A DNA stretch of 64,000 bases, from positions 148,373-212,372 of the forward strand of contig CAWBCJ010000010.1 of assembly GCA_963787255.1 (NCBI GenBank), in the 5' to 3' direction. The translations under genes and the position numbers were made by a program. A model generated the notes under the pieces. It saw nothing but the letters and a program-made list of their open reading frames with translations, made no database searches and was not told where the DNA came from. The stretch comes from Methanobacteriota archaeon. Lineage in GTDB: Archaea > Methanobacteriota > Methanobacteria > Methanobacteriales > Methanobacteriaceae. Of the stretch, positions 21,153 to 30,286 are shown piece after piece. Each line of letters opens with the position of its first letter. Positions within the stretch are counted from its first letter, which is position 1.

Positions 21153-21812
21153 ATGAAAAAAAATATGCCAGAAAAAGGTGCAGCAGTCCAAAAAGACATG
21201 GAAACCTATGCAGTTAATCCATATCTTCCGGGTGGTCTTGTTGATCCTGATACACTAAGAAAAATTGCGGATGTAGCAGAAAAATATGATGCTAAATTCC
21301 TTAAATTATCATCAGAACATCGAATTACAATCTTTGGTATCCCATTTGAAGATATAGATAATGTCTGGAAAGATCTAGATATGAAACCTGGTGGTTTATC
21401 AGGTAAAATAGTTAGGCCGGTCAAATTCTGTATTGGATCTTCTTCTTGTAAGATGGGAAAACAAAATACTATGGAACTAGGAATGGAAATTGACCAACAG
21501 TTTAGGGGAACAAAAACACCTGACAAGATGAAAATCGCTGTTTCAGGATGTGAAAACTCATGTGCAGAACCTGCAGTGAGGGATATTGGCCTTATTGGAA
21601 CAAAAAAAGGTTGGAATGTTTTAGTAGGTGGTACAGCAGGTATTAGGCCCCGAATAGGTGATTTAATTGCTAAAGACTTATCTGATGAAGAGGTTTTAAA
21701 TTTAATGGGTAAGCTTATTGCTTATTATAAAGAAAATGAAGAAGAAAAGCGTTTAGGTAGATTTATAGACCATATGGGATTTAAAGAATTCAAAAAAGAA
21801 ATAATGGATTAA
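21153..21812 (+). CDS. Nitrite/sulfite reductase-like siroheme-[4Fe-4S] protein (small stand-alone type)
   Basis: CIGSSSC and SGCENSC motifs, DIGLIG. Confidence 0.85.
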   Translation: MKKNMPEKGAAVQKDMETYAVNPYLPGGLVDPDTLRKIADVAEKYDAKFLKLSSEHRITIFGIPFEDIDNVWKDLDMKPGGLSGKIVRPVKFCIGSSSCKMGKQNTMELGMEIDQQFRGTKTPDKMKIAVSGCENSCAEPAVRDIGLIGTKKGWNVLVGGTAGIRPRIGDLIAKDLSDEEVLNLMGKLIAYYKENEEEKRLGRFIDHMGFKEFKKEIMD

Positions 21813-21996
21813 AATTAAACCATTATAATATCTAAATATATTTTTTTTTAAATTATATTTCCTTTTTTTCTGGGATGATCATTTCCTTTTGATATTAATT
21901 CATTGATTATTACATTTAATTTCTCTAATTTACTTATAAAAAAAATTCAAATTAACTAATAAATTGTTTTTATTGTTAGAATAATTACTGAATCTA

Positions 21997-22392
21997 TTAT
22001 TTAGTTTCTATTTCAAGATCAAACACTTCTTCAATATACTTTCTTTTTAATGCTTTAGTAATTCGGTATGCAAGTATTAAGGATGGATTATATCTTCCCT
22101 GTTCTAATGCTATAATGGTCTGCCTTGTTACGTCTACTTCTTCGTGAATGTATCATCTTTCGTCTTTTTTTAAGGTGTAACACTACATATATTAGGTCTA
22201 TGAGTAAAAAAGCTAATAAGACTCCTGTAATGAATATTCTAGTTTCTGTAGATAAATTAGGGATAAGTTGCAGCACAATTAGGAGTGAAAAACATTATTG
22301 CAATATAAGCTGCTCCTTGCCAGGCTTTGATGCTTAGTTTCCCATCCTGTGTATTTTCTTGGTCCGAACCATTCGGGTTTAGTTATTATCAT
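21997..22392 (-). pseudogene. Decayed two-gene unit: membrane protein 5' part fused to an XRE-HTH regulator 3' part
   Basis: MIITKPEWFGPRKYTGW...(frameshifts)...KKDER*YIH then [32 protein letters not shown]...IEEVFDLE. Confidence 0.7.
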
Positions 22393-22502
22393 AAGATTCC
22401 TCTATGTAAAAAAAATAGTTTACATATAATCTGCCTAATAAAAGAAATTAATAGATAAATAGAATTAAACAAAATAAAGAATATAATCTAATAAATAAAA
22501 AC

Positions 22503-23423
22503 ATGGGGCGAAATATGAATCGTGTATGGGGTTATCTAAGTGCATTAACAGTTGCTCTTCTTTTTGGAGTCTGGTTTTCTCTAGATAAGATTTTACTTGG
22601 ATATTTACATCCTTTTGCCCTTGCGGCTCTAACATATCTAATTGCAAGCGCATTTTTGTTCATAATAAACTTTTCACCCCTTAACGAGAAAATATTGCAC
22701 TTCATAAACCGAACAAGTGAAGTCGAAGATTATATAACACGAAAAGAATATTTTATCCTATTTTTAACAGCAATTTTTGGCTCATTTATTGCCCCAGCAT
22801 TATACTTAAGCGGTTTATTTAGAATAACTGCAGTAAACGCCGCCCTTCTAGCCAATGCAGAAATAATATTCATTATTATTTTAGGAATACTCTTTTTAAA
22901 AGAGAAAGTAAGAAAAAAAGACTTTATTGGGTTTGCTTTCCTACTAATTGGCGCTATCTTTTTAAGCACTAACAACTTTCAAAATCTTTCATTTAACCAG
23001 AACTTGTTTGGGAGCATTCTTGTTATCTCAGCATCATTTTTCTGGAGTATGGATACAATTTTAAGCAAATTTCTAAGCTATAAACGGAATATAATATTTA
23101 TAACCGCTCTAAAAACAGCAATAGGTGGTTCTATTCTGCTTTTAATTTCATTAATTATGGGGTTGAGCTTTTCCCTACCTTTAGATAAGGTACCTCTTTT
23201 GCTTTTTATAGGGCTTGTTTGTTTAAGCTTTTCGCTGCCATTAATTTATTATGCCATTAGAATTATCGGTTCTACGAGGACTGGTTCAATATTTTCTTTA
23301 AGTTCTTTATTTGGCGCTATGACTGCATTTATAGTCCTTGGAGAGTCATTAAGTTTAATGCAATTATCATTCGGCGTTTTAATGATAGCGGGAGTTTATA
23401 TTTTATATTCCGGCCATGAATGA
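22503..23423 (+). CDS. EamA/DMT family transporter
   Basis: 10-TM pattern, LFLKEK and VLGE motifs. Confidence 0.9.
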   Translation: MGRNMNRVWGYLSALTVALLFGVWFSLDKILLGYLHPFALAALTYLIASAFLFIINFSPLNEKILHFINRTSEVEDYITRKEYFILFLTAIFGSFIAPALYLSGLFRITAVNAALLANAEIIFIIILGILFLKEKVRKKDFIGFAFLLIGAIFLSTNNFQNLSFNQNLFGSILVISASFFWSMDTILSKFLSYKRNIIFITALKTAIGGSILLLISLIMGLSFSLPLDKVPLLLFIGLVCLSFSLPLIYYAIRIIGSTRTGSIFSLSSLFGAMTAFIVLGESLSLMQLSFGVLMIAGVYILYSGHE

Positions 23424-23617
23424 TAATATCAATTTCCATTAGAATTTTATTTTTTAGGAATATAAAGCAATAGAAAAATTTAAATTAATACACAAATTCA
23501 TATAATAATATATCTAGCATTTTAAACTCATTTAATATAATTTGTAGTTATTTATTAGTTAATAAATTAAATAATAGTAAATCTTATAATTTTTATATAT
23601 TCAGTTTAACCTGCTTA

Positions 23618-25902
23618 ATGGGGGATGTTAATATTAATAATCAGAACTTCATTGCAATAATAATGTTTTTATGCGTTACTTTAATTAGCTTAAGCGCAGT
23701 AAGCGCAGATACACAAATAGGAACTGATTCAAACTCAACAGCGAATTTATCAAGTATAGATACACAAAATAATGTAAATTTGAGTGAAAATGAATCAGGA
23801 AACCAAAATAATCAATATAATCAAGATAAATCGTCAAAAGCTGCAGAAAATTCTAATTTAAATTCTGTAGAAAATCAGAATTCATATGAAAGTGCAGATA
23901 TCATGGCTGCAGGTTCAGATAGTACAGAATCTTTCAGCGTAGATCAAATAAAAGACGCGGCTTCACGTGTTAGAAATCATGTTGAGACTAATAGTAGTTT
24001 ACCCAATTACGTGCTAATAGGATCCAGTCAAATTAGCATGCCCCAATTTTTGGAATTATTAACCAGTGCGTTACTGCAAATTAACAGTGGAAACAACAAT
24101 TCAATGCCATTAATGGATTTCAGTGCACCAACAAGCCCAATTGAAAATATTCATGCTGGAAATATTTATAAAGCAGAGTATTTGAAGATTGCAAATGATG
24201 TTAAAAACTATATGGATAGTAGTGGTAAAACACCAGACTTCGCATACGGGACTAGTCTGGGAACATGTCTTAGGATTTGAGAATTTGGTTTATATGTACA
24301 GCATGATCCTAGACTACCATAAAACCAGTGGTAAGGTGGCTGACTGGGCAGGGATGGAACCATGGAGTGTTATAATTTCAAAGCCTGTTGTGGATCCAAA
24401 TGCGCCAAAATTCAGTATAGATCAAATTAAGGCCGCTGCATCAACTGTAAGAGGTCAAATTGAGTCTAGTCATAAGTTACCGGAATTCGTGGAAATTGGG
24501 TCCAGTCAGGTTACTATGTCGCAGTTTCTAGAATTATTAACCAGTGCTTTACTGCAAATTAACAGTGGAAAGAACAATCCGATGCCATTAATGAATTTCA
24601 CTGCCCCAACAAGTCCAAAAGACAATATTCATGCTGGAAACATCTATAAAGCAGAGTATTTAAAGATTGCAAATGACGTTAAAAACTATATGGATAGTAG
24701 TGGTAAAACACCAGACTTCGCATACGGTACTAGTCTGGGCACTTGTCTTGGATTCCAAAACCTAGTCTACATGTACACTATGATCCTAGATTACTACAAC
24801 ACCAGCGGTAAGGTGGCTGACTGGGCAGGGATGGAACCATGGAGTGTTATAGTATCTAAACCTGTTGTGGATCCAAATGCACCAAAGTTCAGTGTGGATC
24901 AGATTAAAGATGCTGCATCAACTGTGAAGAGGTCAAATTGAAACTAATCATGTTTTACCTGGTTCTGTATTAATAGGGTCAACCCAAGTTAGCATGTCAC
25001 AGTTCCTAGAACTATTAACCACTGCAATATTGCAAATTAACAGTGGAAACAACAATTCAATACCATTAAGGAATTTTACAGCACCAACAAGTTCACAAGA
25101 CAATATTATATCTGGAAATATTTATAAAGCAGAGTATTTGAAGATTGCAAACGACGTTAAAAACTATATGGACAGTAGTGGTAAAACACCAGACTACGCG
25201 TACGGAACAAGCTTAGGAACATGTCTTGGATTTGAGAATTTGGTTTATATGTACAGCATGATTCTGGATTACCATAAAACCAGTGGTAAGGTGGCTGATT
25301 TTGCAATGATGAAACCATGGAATGCTTTAGGAGCGACAGATTATGGAAAGGTGGAAAAACTAGGGCCTTTTGGTAATATAAATTCACCAGTAAAAATTGC
25401 ATATATTGTTGGAGTACATCCAATAGAACATGCTTCTCATCAAGCACTAATTGAATCTATAAAAGATAATAACAGTCTTCTAAACTATTGTTATTATATC
25501 TATAAAGTCACTGTAACAAAAGATGCTAATAATTATGAAAAAGGTCGAATGAACGGACAATTACTTGCCAACAAATTTGTTGTACCGGACATTATAAATG
25601 AAAAATTCAATTTAGCCATTGATGTTCACTCTAATGTAGGAAACTGGCAATATAGAAGGTTTATTTTTAGTCCAGTTCCAGGAACTAGTGCTGAATCAAT
25701 TGCAAGAACAATCAAAAATGAAATGGGATGGTTAACATATTATGTTCCGCCTAATCCTACTAGCACACAATATGTAACTGTTCCTTTGATACAGGGAGGA
25801 ATACCAGCAGTAGTATTTGAAGTATATACCTACGACGCGTATGATATAGTCAAAAATCAGGTGAATCAATTGGTAATAACAGTTAACAACCTATTTTCAT
25901 AA
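23618..25902 (+). CDS. Secreted pseudomurein-binding repeat protein with a C-terminal M14-like zinc-hydrolase domain; split by two +1 frameshifts (~24272, ~24926)
   Basis: Signal peptide ending AVSA, S/N-rich linker, three 159-aa units (FSxDQIK.AA...LP.YV.IG...QFLELL), C-terminal GVHPIE...DVHSN...FE. Confidence 0.8.
23933..25320 (+). repeat. Three tandem ~477-bp coding repeats
   Basis: Unit starts at 23933, 24411 and 24888. Confidence 0.9.
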
Positions 25903-25904
25903 GG

Positions 25905-26030
25905 TATAACTTTTTCCCCTACGTTATACTTTATTAACTGTGCTTGGTATGGTTATCAATTGGTATACTACCATCATTTGGAGTTTTAATGATTTTTGAC
26001 GTTTATATTTTGTATATAGGTGAGAAACAA
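25905..26030 (+). pseudogene. 3' remnant of a second EamA/DMT paralog
   Basis: SFGVLMIFDVYILY vs SFGVLMIAGVYILY of the 22503..23423 gene; 33/42 nt identical (25974-26015 vs 23367-23408). Confidence 0.6.
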
Positions 26031-26113
26031 GCAAGTTTTGTATATGAATATTTATTAAATTATTAATACGATTAAAAACAAATCCCTAACAATAAAAGTC
26101 GTGGAGGTTTTAC

Positions 26114-26251
26114 ATGAAAAAAATGGCGTTAATATTGGCTTTAATGCTTGTTTTAGGAATAGTATTCATTTCAGGTTGTACTCAGCAACAAAATACAACT
26201 AGAAATACTTCAAGCCAAAATCAGAGTGGAATCAGCCAGGACAGGGAATAG
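26114..26251 (+). CDS. Small lipoprotein (may extend to 26343 with one frameshift)
   Basis: GGAGG SD; MKKMALILALMLVLGIVFISGC lipobox followed by a Q/N/T/S-rich tail. Confidence 0.7.
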   Translation: MKKMALILALMLVLGIVFISGCTQQQNTTRNTSSQNQSGISQDRE

Positions 26252-26352
26252 GGAATAAATCTATTATAAACAACAAAAATATGTCAAATTTAACCAATAA
26301 AACAGTATCTAACAATTCTAGTGGTGTTGGAATAAAATACTGATTAAAAAAT

Positions 26353-26919
26353 TTATCCTTTATTTTTTTTATCCAGAATTGAATTTATCTGTGCATTTAC
26401 ATTTTCAATACTGCCTGTAGCATTTATTATGTGCCATCCGTCAGCTAATTTTAAAACTTTTTCCCTTACCTTAACCAGATCTTGAAGATTTTCAAACATT
26501 TCCTCATCATCCCGTGTTTGAAGCCTTTTAAGGGCCTCTTGAGGTTCCACATCCAAAAAGAACATATATTCGGATGTTGGTAAAATAGTTTCAAAGAATT
26601 TGTAAAAGAGTTTTGCAAGGGGAAATGGTAAATATGCCACCCCCATGAGATAACGAACAAAAATAACTGTATCTGATTTTCTATAATACATTTTAACGGA
26701 TCTAATGACATCTAATGCATAATAAAGTGACGCACTAATTTTATTAAACTTTCCACTTCCAAGAAGGGCTTTTTTTGCCTTAATACCATATGAATTATCG
26801 TTGGATGGATGTGAACGTAAAATGACACTTTTACCTCTTTCCAGATATTTCCGTCTTATCAAATTAGCCTGTGTATCTTTCCCCGAACCATCTAACCCAT
26901 CAATGATTATAAAACGCAT
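26353..26919 (-). CDS. Thymidylate kinase-like P-loop kinase
   Basis: IDGLDGSGKDTQ, FLDV.P; VRY in place of the canonical DRY. Confidence 0.8.
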   Translation of the reverse strand: MRFIIIDGLDGSGKDTQANLIRRKYLERGKSVILRSHPSNDNSYGIKAKKALLGSGKFNKISASLYYALDVIRSVKMYYRKSDTVIFVRYLMGVAYLPFPLAKLFYKFFETILPTSEYMFFLDVEPQEALKRLQTRDDEEMFENLQDLVKVREKVLKLADGWHIINATGSIENVNAQINSILDKKNKG

Positions 26920-27014
26920 TTAAACACCGTTATAATACTCAAAAAGTGTGGAAGAATTTATTTTTGATTATTTTATAGTTTATTATTTTTTAATGTTGAA
27001 TAAAAATCATGCTT

Positions 27015-27671
27015 TTAAAAAGTTGTAAGTAGAAGATATGTTCCAACTGCTCCAAAACATGCAGTTAAATTATCTAGCCCTTTAGGAGTTATTCCTTCTA
27101 AAACGGTTGCAACAAGTGCTATAACTGGTATAATAATGAAATTAGAAGGTAGAACGGTATAATAACTTAATACTATCCATAAAGTTGCTATTAGGACTAA
27201 AAACATGGCTAATGATCCTTCTATGCTCTTAGAATCTCCAAATATGTTATACTTTCTTTTTCCAATCCTTTCTCCTACAAGAGATGCTATTCCATCACCA
27301 TAGGACATTGCAGCTATACCCACTGCTATAACCCACGGCTGGTCAAAGAACAGGAAAGCGAGCACTGTCCATGAAATTGCATAGTAAATCAGACCTAAAC
27401 CGTGTCCTGAAGATGAAAGCCCATCTCTTATTTTAAGTGGAGAATAAGGGCTCATTAAATAGGTCAAAGGAATGAAAGGTGCGGCAGCAAGGAATGTAAT
27501 AACCCACCATGTGTCAAATAAAGGTAAAATAAAAAGAATATTCCCTACCATTATGTGCAGAAACTTTCTGCTGAACCGAGGATGTTTATTTATTGCCTTT
27601 TCAGAGATTAAAAGTAGAATGGCCACGTATCCATATACAAATAGAAGGCCAATAAAATCACTGGTTGTCAT
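27015..27671 (-). CDS. CTP-dependent polyprenol/diacylglycerol kinase (SEC59/phytol kinase family)
   Basis: SRKFLHI, YGDGIASLVG, KSIEGS, GLDNL. Confidence 0.9.
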   Translation of the reverse strand: MTTSDFIGLLFVYGYVAILLLISEKAINKHPRFSRKFLHIMVGNILFILPLFDTWWVITFLAAAPFIPLTYLMSPYSPLKIRDGLSSSGHGLGLIYYAISWTVLAFLFFDQPWVIAVGIAAMSYGDGIASLVGERIGKRKYNIFGDSKSIEGSLAMFLVLIATLWIVLSYYTVLPSNFIIIPVIALVATVLEGITPKGLDNLTACFGAVGTYLLLTTF

Positions 27672-27780
27672 AAGTTTTAGTAGTCTTTTTGAATATAAGT
27701 GGATTTGTATTAATTTATTTTTGTTGAAAATTATTAATTTTAAATAACTGGGTAAATAAAAATATTAGCATGGTTAAAAA

Positions 27781-28287
27781 ATGAAATCTGGAAAATTATA
27801 TGCAGGGGGAACATTAATATGTAATGATAAAGAGGGAATAATCGGCGCAGTAATTAAATACAAAGGAAAAAGCTGCGTTTTGACCGCATATCATATATTA
27901 AAGGTTGGAAACTGCGAATTAGGTAATAAAATAAGTTTTAATGGCACTGATGGTCGTGTAATTGAAATATTAATAGATCACGACTTGGCAATAATTGAAA
28001 TAGTGACTTCTAAATCGGATTTTAAATTTTCAGATATTGGAACGCCTGAAATAGGACCGGCATATGCCCTTAAGGGGAGTTTTAAAAATCCATGCAATAT
28101 TATGACGATTGGTAAGACTTATCATTATCTTTCATTTCCATTCAAGACTTTACCTCTTCCTGGAGACAGTGGATCACCAATAATTCAAAATGGAAAGGTA
28201 GTAGGAATATTAGTATCAGTATTTCACACCAATGCTAATGGAATTGCAATATCTCTTGATTTTATAAAAAACCAAAATGGGATTTAA
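27781..28287 (+). CDS. Trypsin-like serine protease, no signal peptide
   Basis: LTAYH, DHDLAII and PGDSGSP catalytic triad motifs. Confidence 0.8.
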   Translation: MKSGKLYAGGTLICNDKEGIIGAVIKYKGKSCVLTAYHILKVGNCELGNKISFNGTDGRVIEILIDHDLAIIEIVTSKSDFKFSDIGTPEIGPAYALKGSFKNPCNIMTIGKTYHYLSFPFKTLPLPGDSGSPIIQNGKVVGILVSVFHTNANGIAISLDFIKNQNGI

Positions 28288-28401
28288 TTATTTAAAATCT
28301 TTTTAGAGCTAATAAATATTTTTAGTAATAAATAAATAAAATTAGTATAATAAATATTTAAAATGAAACGGAGTTTTATTTAATATAAATGAATTATAAG
28401 A

Positions 28402-28761
28402 ATGGAGTTGATTAATTTGGCAGAAGTTTTAGAGCCTGTAACATTCGGCCTTGAAATAGAAGGCACAAAAAGTGATTTAATAATTCCTGAAGAGTTTATA
28501 AGAGATTTCCATTTTTCAACTGACCAGCATCTTATGATAATGATACGGGTCGTTGGTGGGGATGCAGTGAAGGTTAGGGATTACTTCCAGGACACTGAAG
28601 GCGAAATTTTTAACTTAAAAACCGTTGAAGGCAATGGCCAGGAAATAAATGATGAATTTTTATTGACTGATATGCATATGGACGAGGGCCCTTCACTTGG
28701 CGTTGATATAGATCAAGAGCAGGGAATGGTTAGATTAATACTTGATTTTAAGATGAAATAA
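28402..28761 (+). CDS. Hypothetical acidic protein
   Basis: 119-aa ORF; no family recognised. Confidence 0.6.
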   Translation: MELINLAEVLEPVTFGLEIEGTKSDLIIPEEFIRDFHFSTDQHLMIMIRVVGGDAVKVRDYFQDTEGEIFNLKTVEGNGQEINDEFLLTDMHMDEGPSLGVDIDQEQGMVRLILDFKMK

Positions 28762-29000
28762 CTTAAAATTTCATATAAAACCTTATTTTTTTATAATTTA
28801 TCTCATTTTTTAATTCATTGAGGATATATGGTGCTGTTTAGGAGTATATTTCTATTTTTCGGTAAATTTTAATAGCTATAACGAACATATATTTTTTTAG
28901 AAAAAATATTTCTTCATATTGATTTATTTGATTATTATGTGTTTAAGGGCTTTTTCAACGATTTTAAAGATGTAATATTAGTTTAACTTAAGTTGGAGGT

Positions 29001-29699
29001 GTGCCTTTTATGGTGTCTATTAGTGATAATTTTTTCGACCTTCCTGAACTTAGAAACCGAGCAGGAGTTTTTAAAGACAGGGAACATGCCGGAGAGGTTC
29101 TTTCTGAAATTATGAAGCAATATAAAAGTTCAGATGCAGTTGTTTTTGCAATTCCTGCAGGAGGAGTTCCAGTAGGGGCCACAATCGCTGAAAATCTACA
29201 AATTCCCCTAGATGTGGCAGTGGTAAGCAAAATCACCCTTCCCTGGAACACTGAAGCAGGTTATGGTGCAGTTGCTTTTGATGGTACAGTTCGTATAAAC
29301 CGAGATATAGTTTCACGAACGGGGCTTAGTGAAGGTGAAATTGAAAATGGAATCGAAAAAACATTGAATAAAGTAAAAAAACGTGTTATGATGTTTAGGG
29401 AGGGCAAACCTCCACTTCAGGTAAAAGGAAGACCTGTTATCTTGGTGGATGATGGAATTGCATCAGGGTTTACCATGTTGGTAGCTGTAGAAGCCCTTAA
29501 AAAGTCAGGTGCTGATCAAGTAATTATAGCGGTTCCAACAGGAAACTGGCAAGCTATAGAAAATGTTGTTTCAAACGTTGAAGCGTTATATTGTGCGAAT
29601 CTTAGAAGTGGATGGACATTTGCAGTTGCAGATGCATACGTGAACTGGTCAGACGTAACAGAGGAGGAAGTTATTGAAATTTTAAAATCATTTAAATAA
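29001..29699 (+). CDS. Phosphoribosyltransferase family protein
   Basis: FKDREHAG, IPAGGVPV, ILVDDGIASG PRPP loop. Confidence 0.9.
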   Translation: MPFMVSISDNFFDLPELRNRAGVFKDREHAGEVLSEIMKQYKSSDAVVFAIPAGGVPVGATIAENLQIPLDVAVVSKITLPWNTEAGYGAVAFDGTVRINRDIVSRTGLSEGEIENGIEKTLNKVKKRVMMFREGKPPLQVKGRPVILVDDGIASGFTMLVAVEALKKSGADQVIIAVPTGNWQAIENVVSNVEALYCANLRSGWTFAVADAYVNWSDVTEEEVIEILKSFK

Positions 29700-29798
29700 A
29701 ATAATAATTGAGTCCTGATTTTAAACCTCTATTAAGATAAATATTATTAGTTTCAAGAATAATTATTAGGTATTCAAACATTTTAAGAGGTTTATTTT

Positions 29799-30254
29799 AT
29801 GTTAGGCGAAAAAGAATTAATAAAACTATTTCCAGAATTTAAAGAGCTTATACAACCTTCAGGAATTGATTTAAGATTAGATAATGTTTTCATACAAAAA
29901 AGTGGCGGATCTCTAATCGATAATGAAAAAAATCTGCCAGAATTGGAGAAATTAGAACCGCCTATTTACACTTTAAAGCCAAAAACAGCTTATTCAGTTA
30001 CGGTAGAACCTAAAGTGAAAATTCCAAAAGGATGTTCCATGCTTTATCTCCCACGGTCAACTCTTAATCGGTCATTTATTTCAGTTCATACAGCAGTTGG
30101 AGATCCTGGATTTTATGGAACTCTGCAATTCATGCTTTATAACTATGGAGAATTTGATTACACTATTAAAAAAGGAGAAAGAATTGCTCAAGCTGTTGTA
30201 TTTGATGTTACCGGTTCTGGAGAATACAATGGCAGCTATCAAGAAAAAGAATAA
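29799..30254 (+). CDS. dut: Archaeal dUTPase (dCTP deaminase fold)
   Basis: QPSGIDL, PRSTLNR, DPGFYG, GERIAQ, YNGSYQ. Confidence 0.85.
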   Translation: MLGEKELIKLFPEFKELIQPSGIDLRLDNVFIQKSGGSLIDNEKNLPELEKLEPPIYTLKPKTAYSVTVEPKVKIPKGCSMLYLPRSTLNRSFISVHTAVGDPGFYGTLQFMLYNYGEFDYTIKKGERIAQAVVFDVTGSGEYNGSYQEKE

Positions 30255-30286
30255 TCCTTATTCTAAAAAATGAAAAATTTAGGGAA

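Noticed and set aside
23933-25320. CRISPR or DGR interpretation of the repeats
   Set aside because: Units are ~477-bp protein-coding repeats without spacers; differences are not adenine-specific; no reverse transcriptase or cas gene in the window
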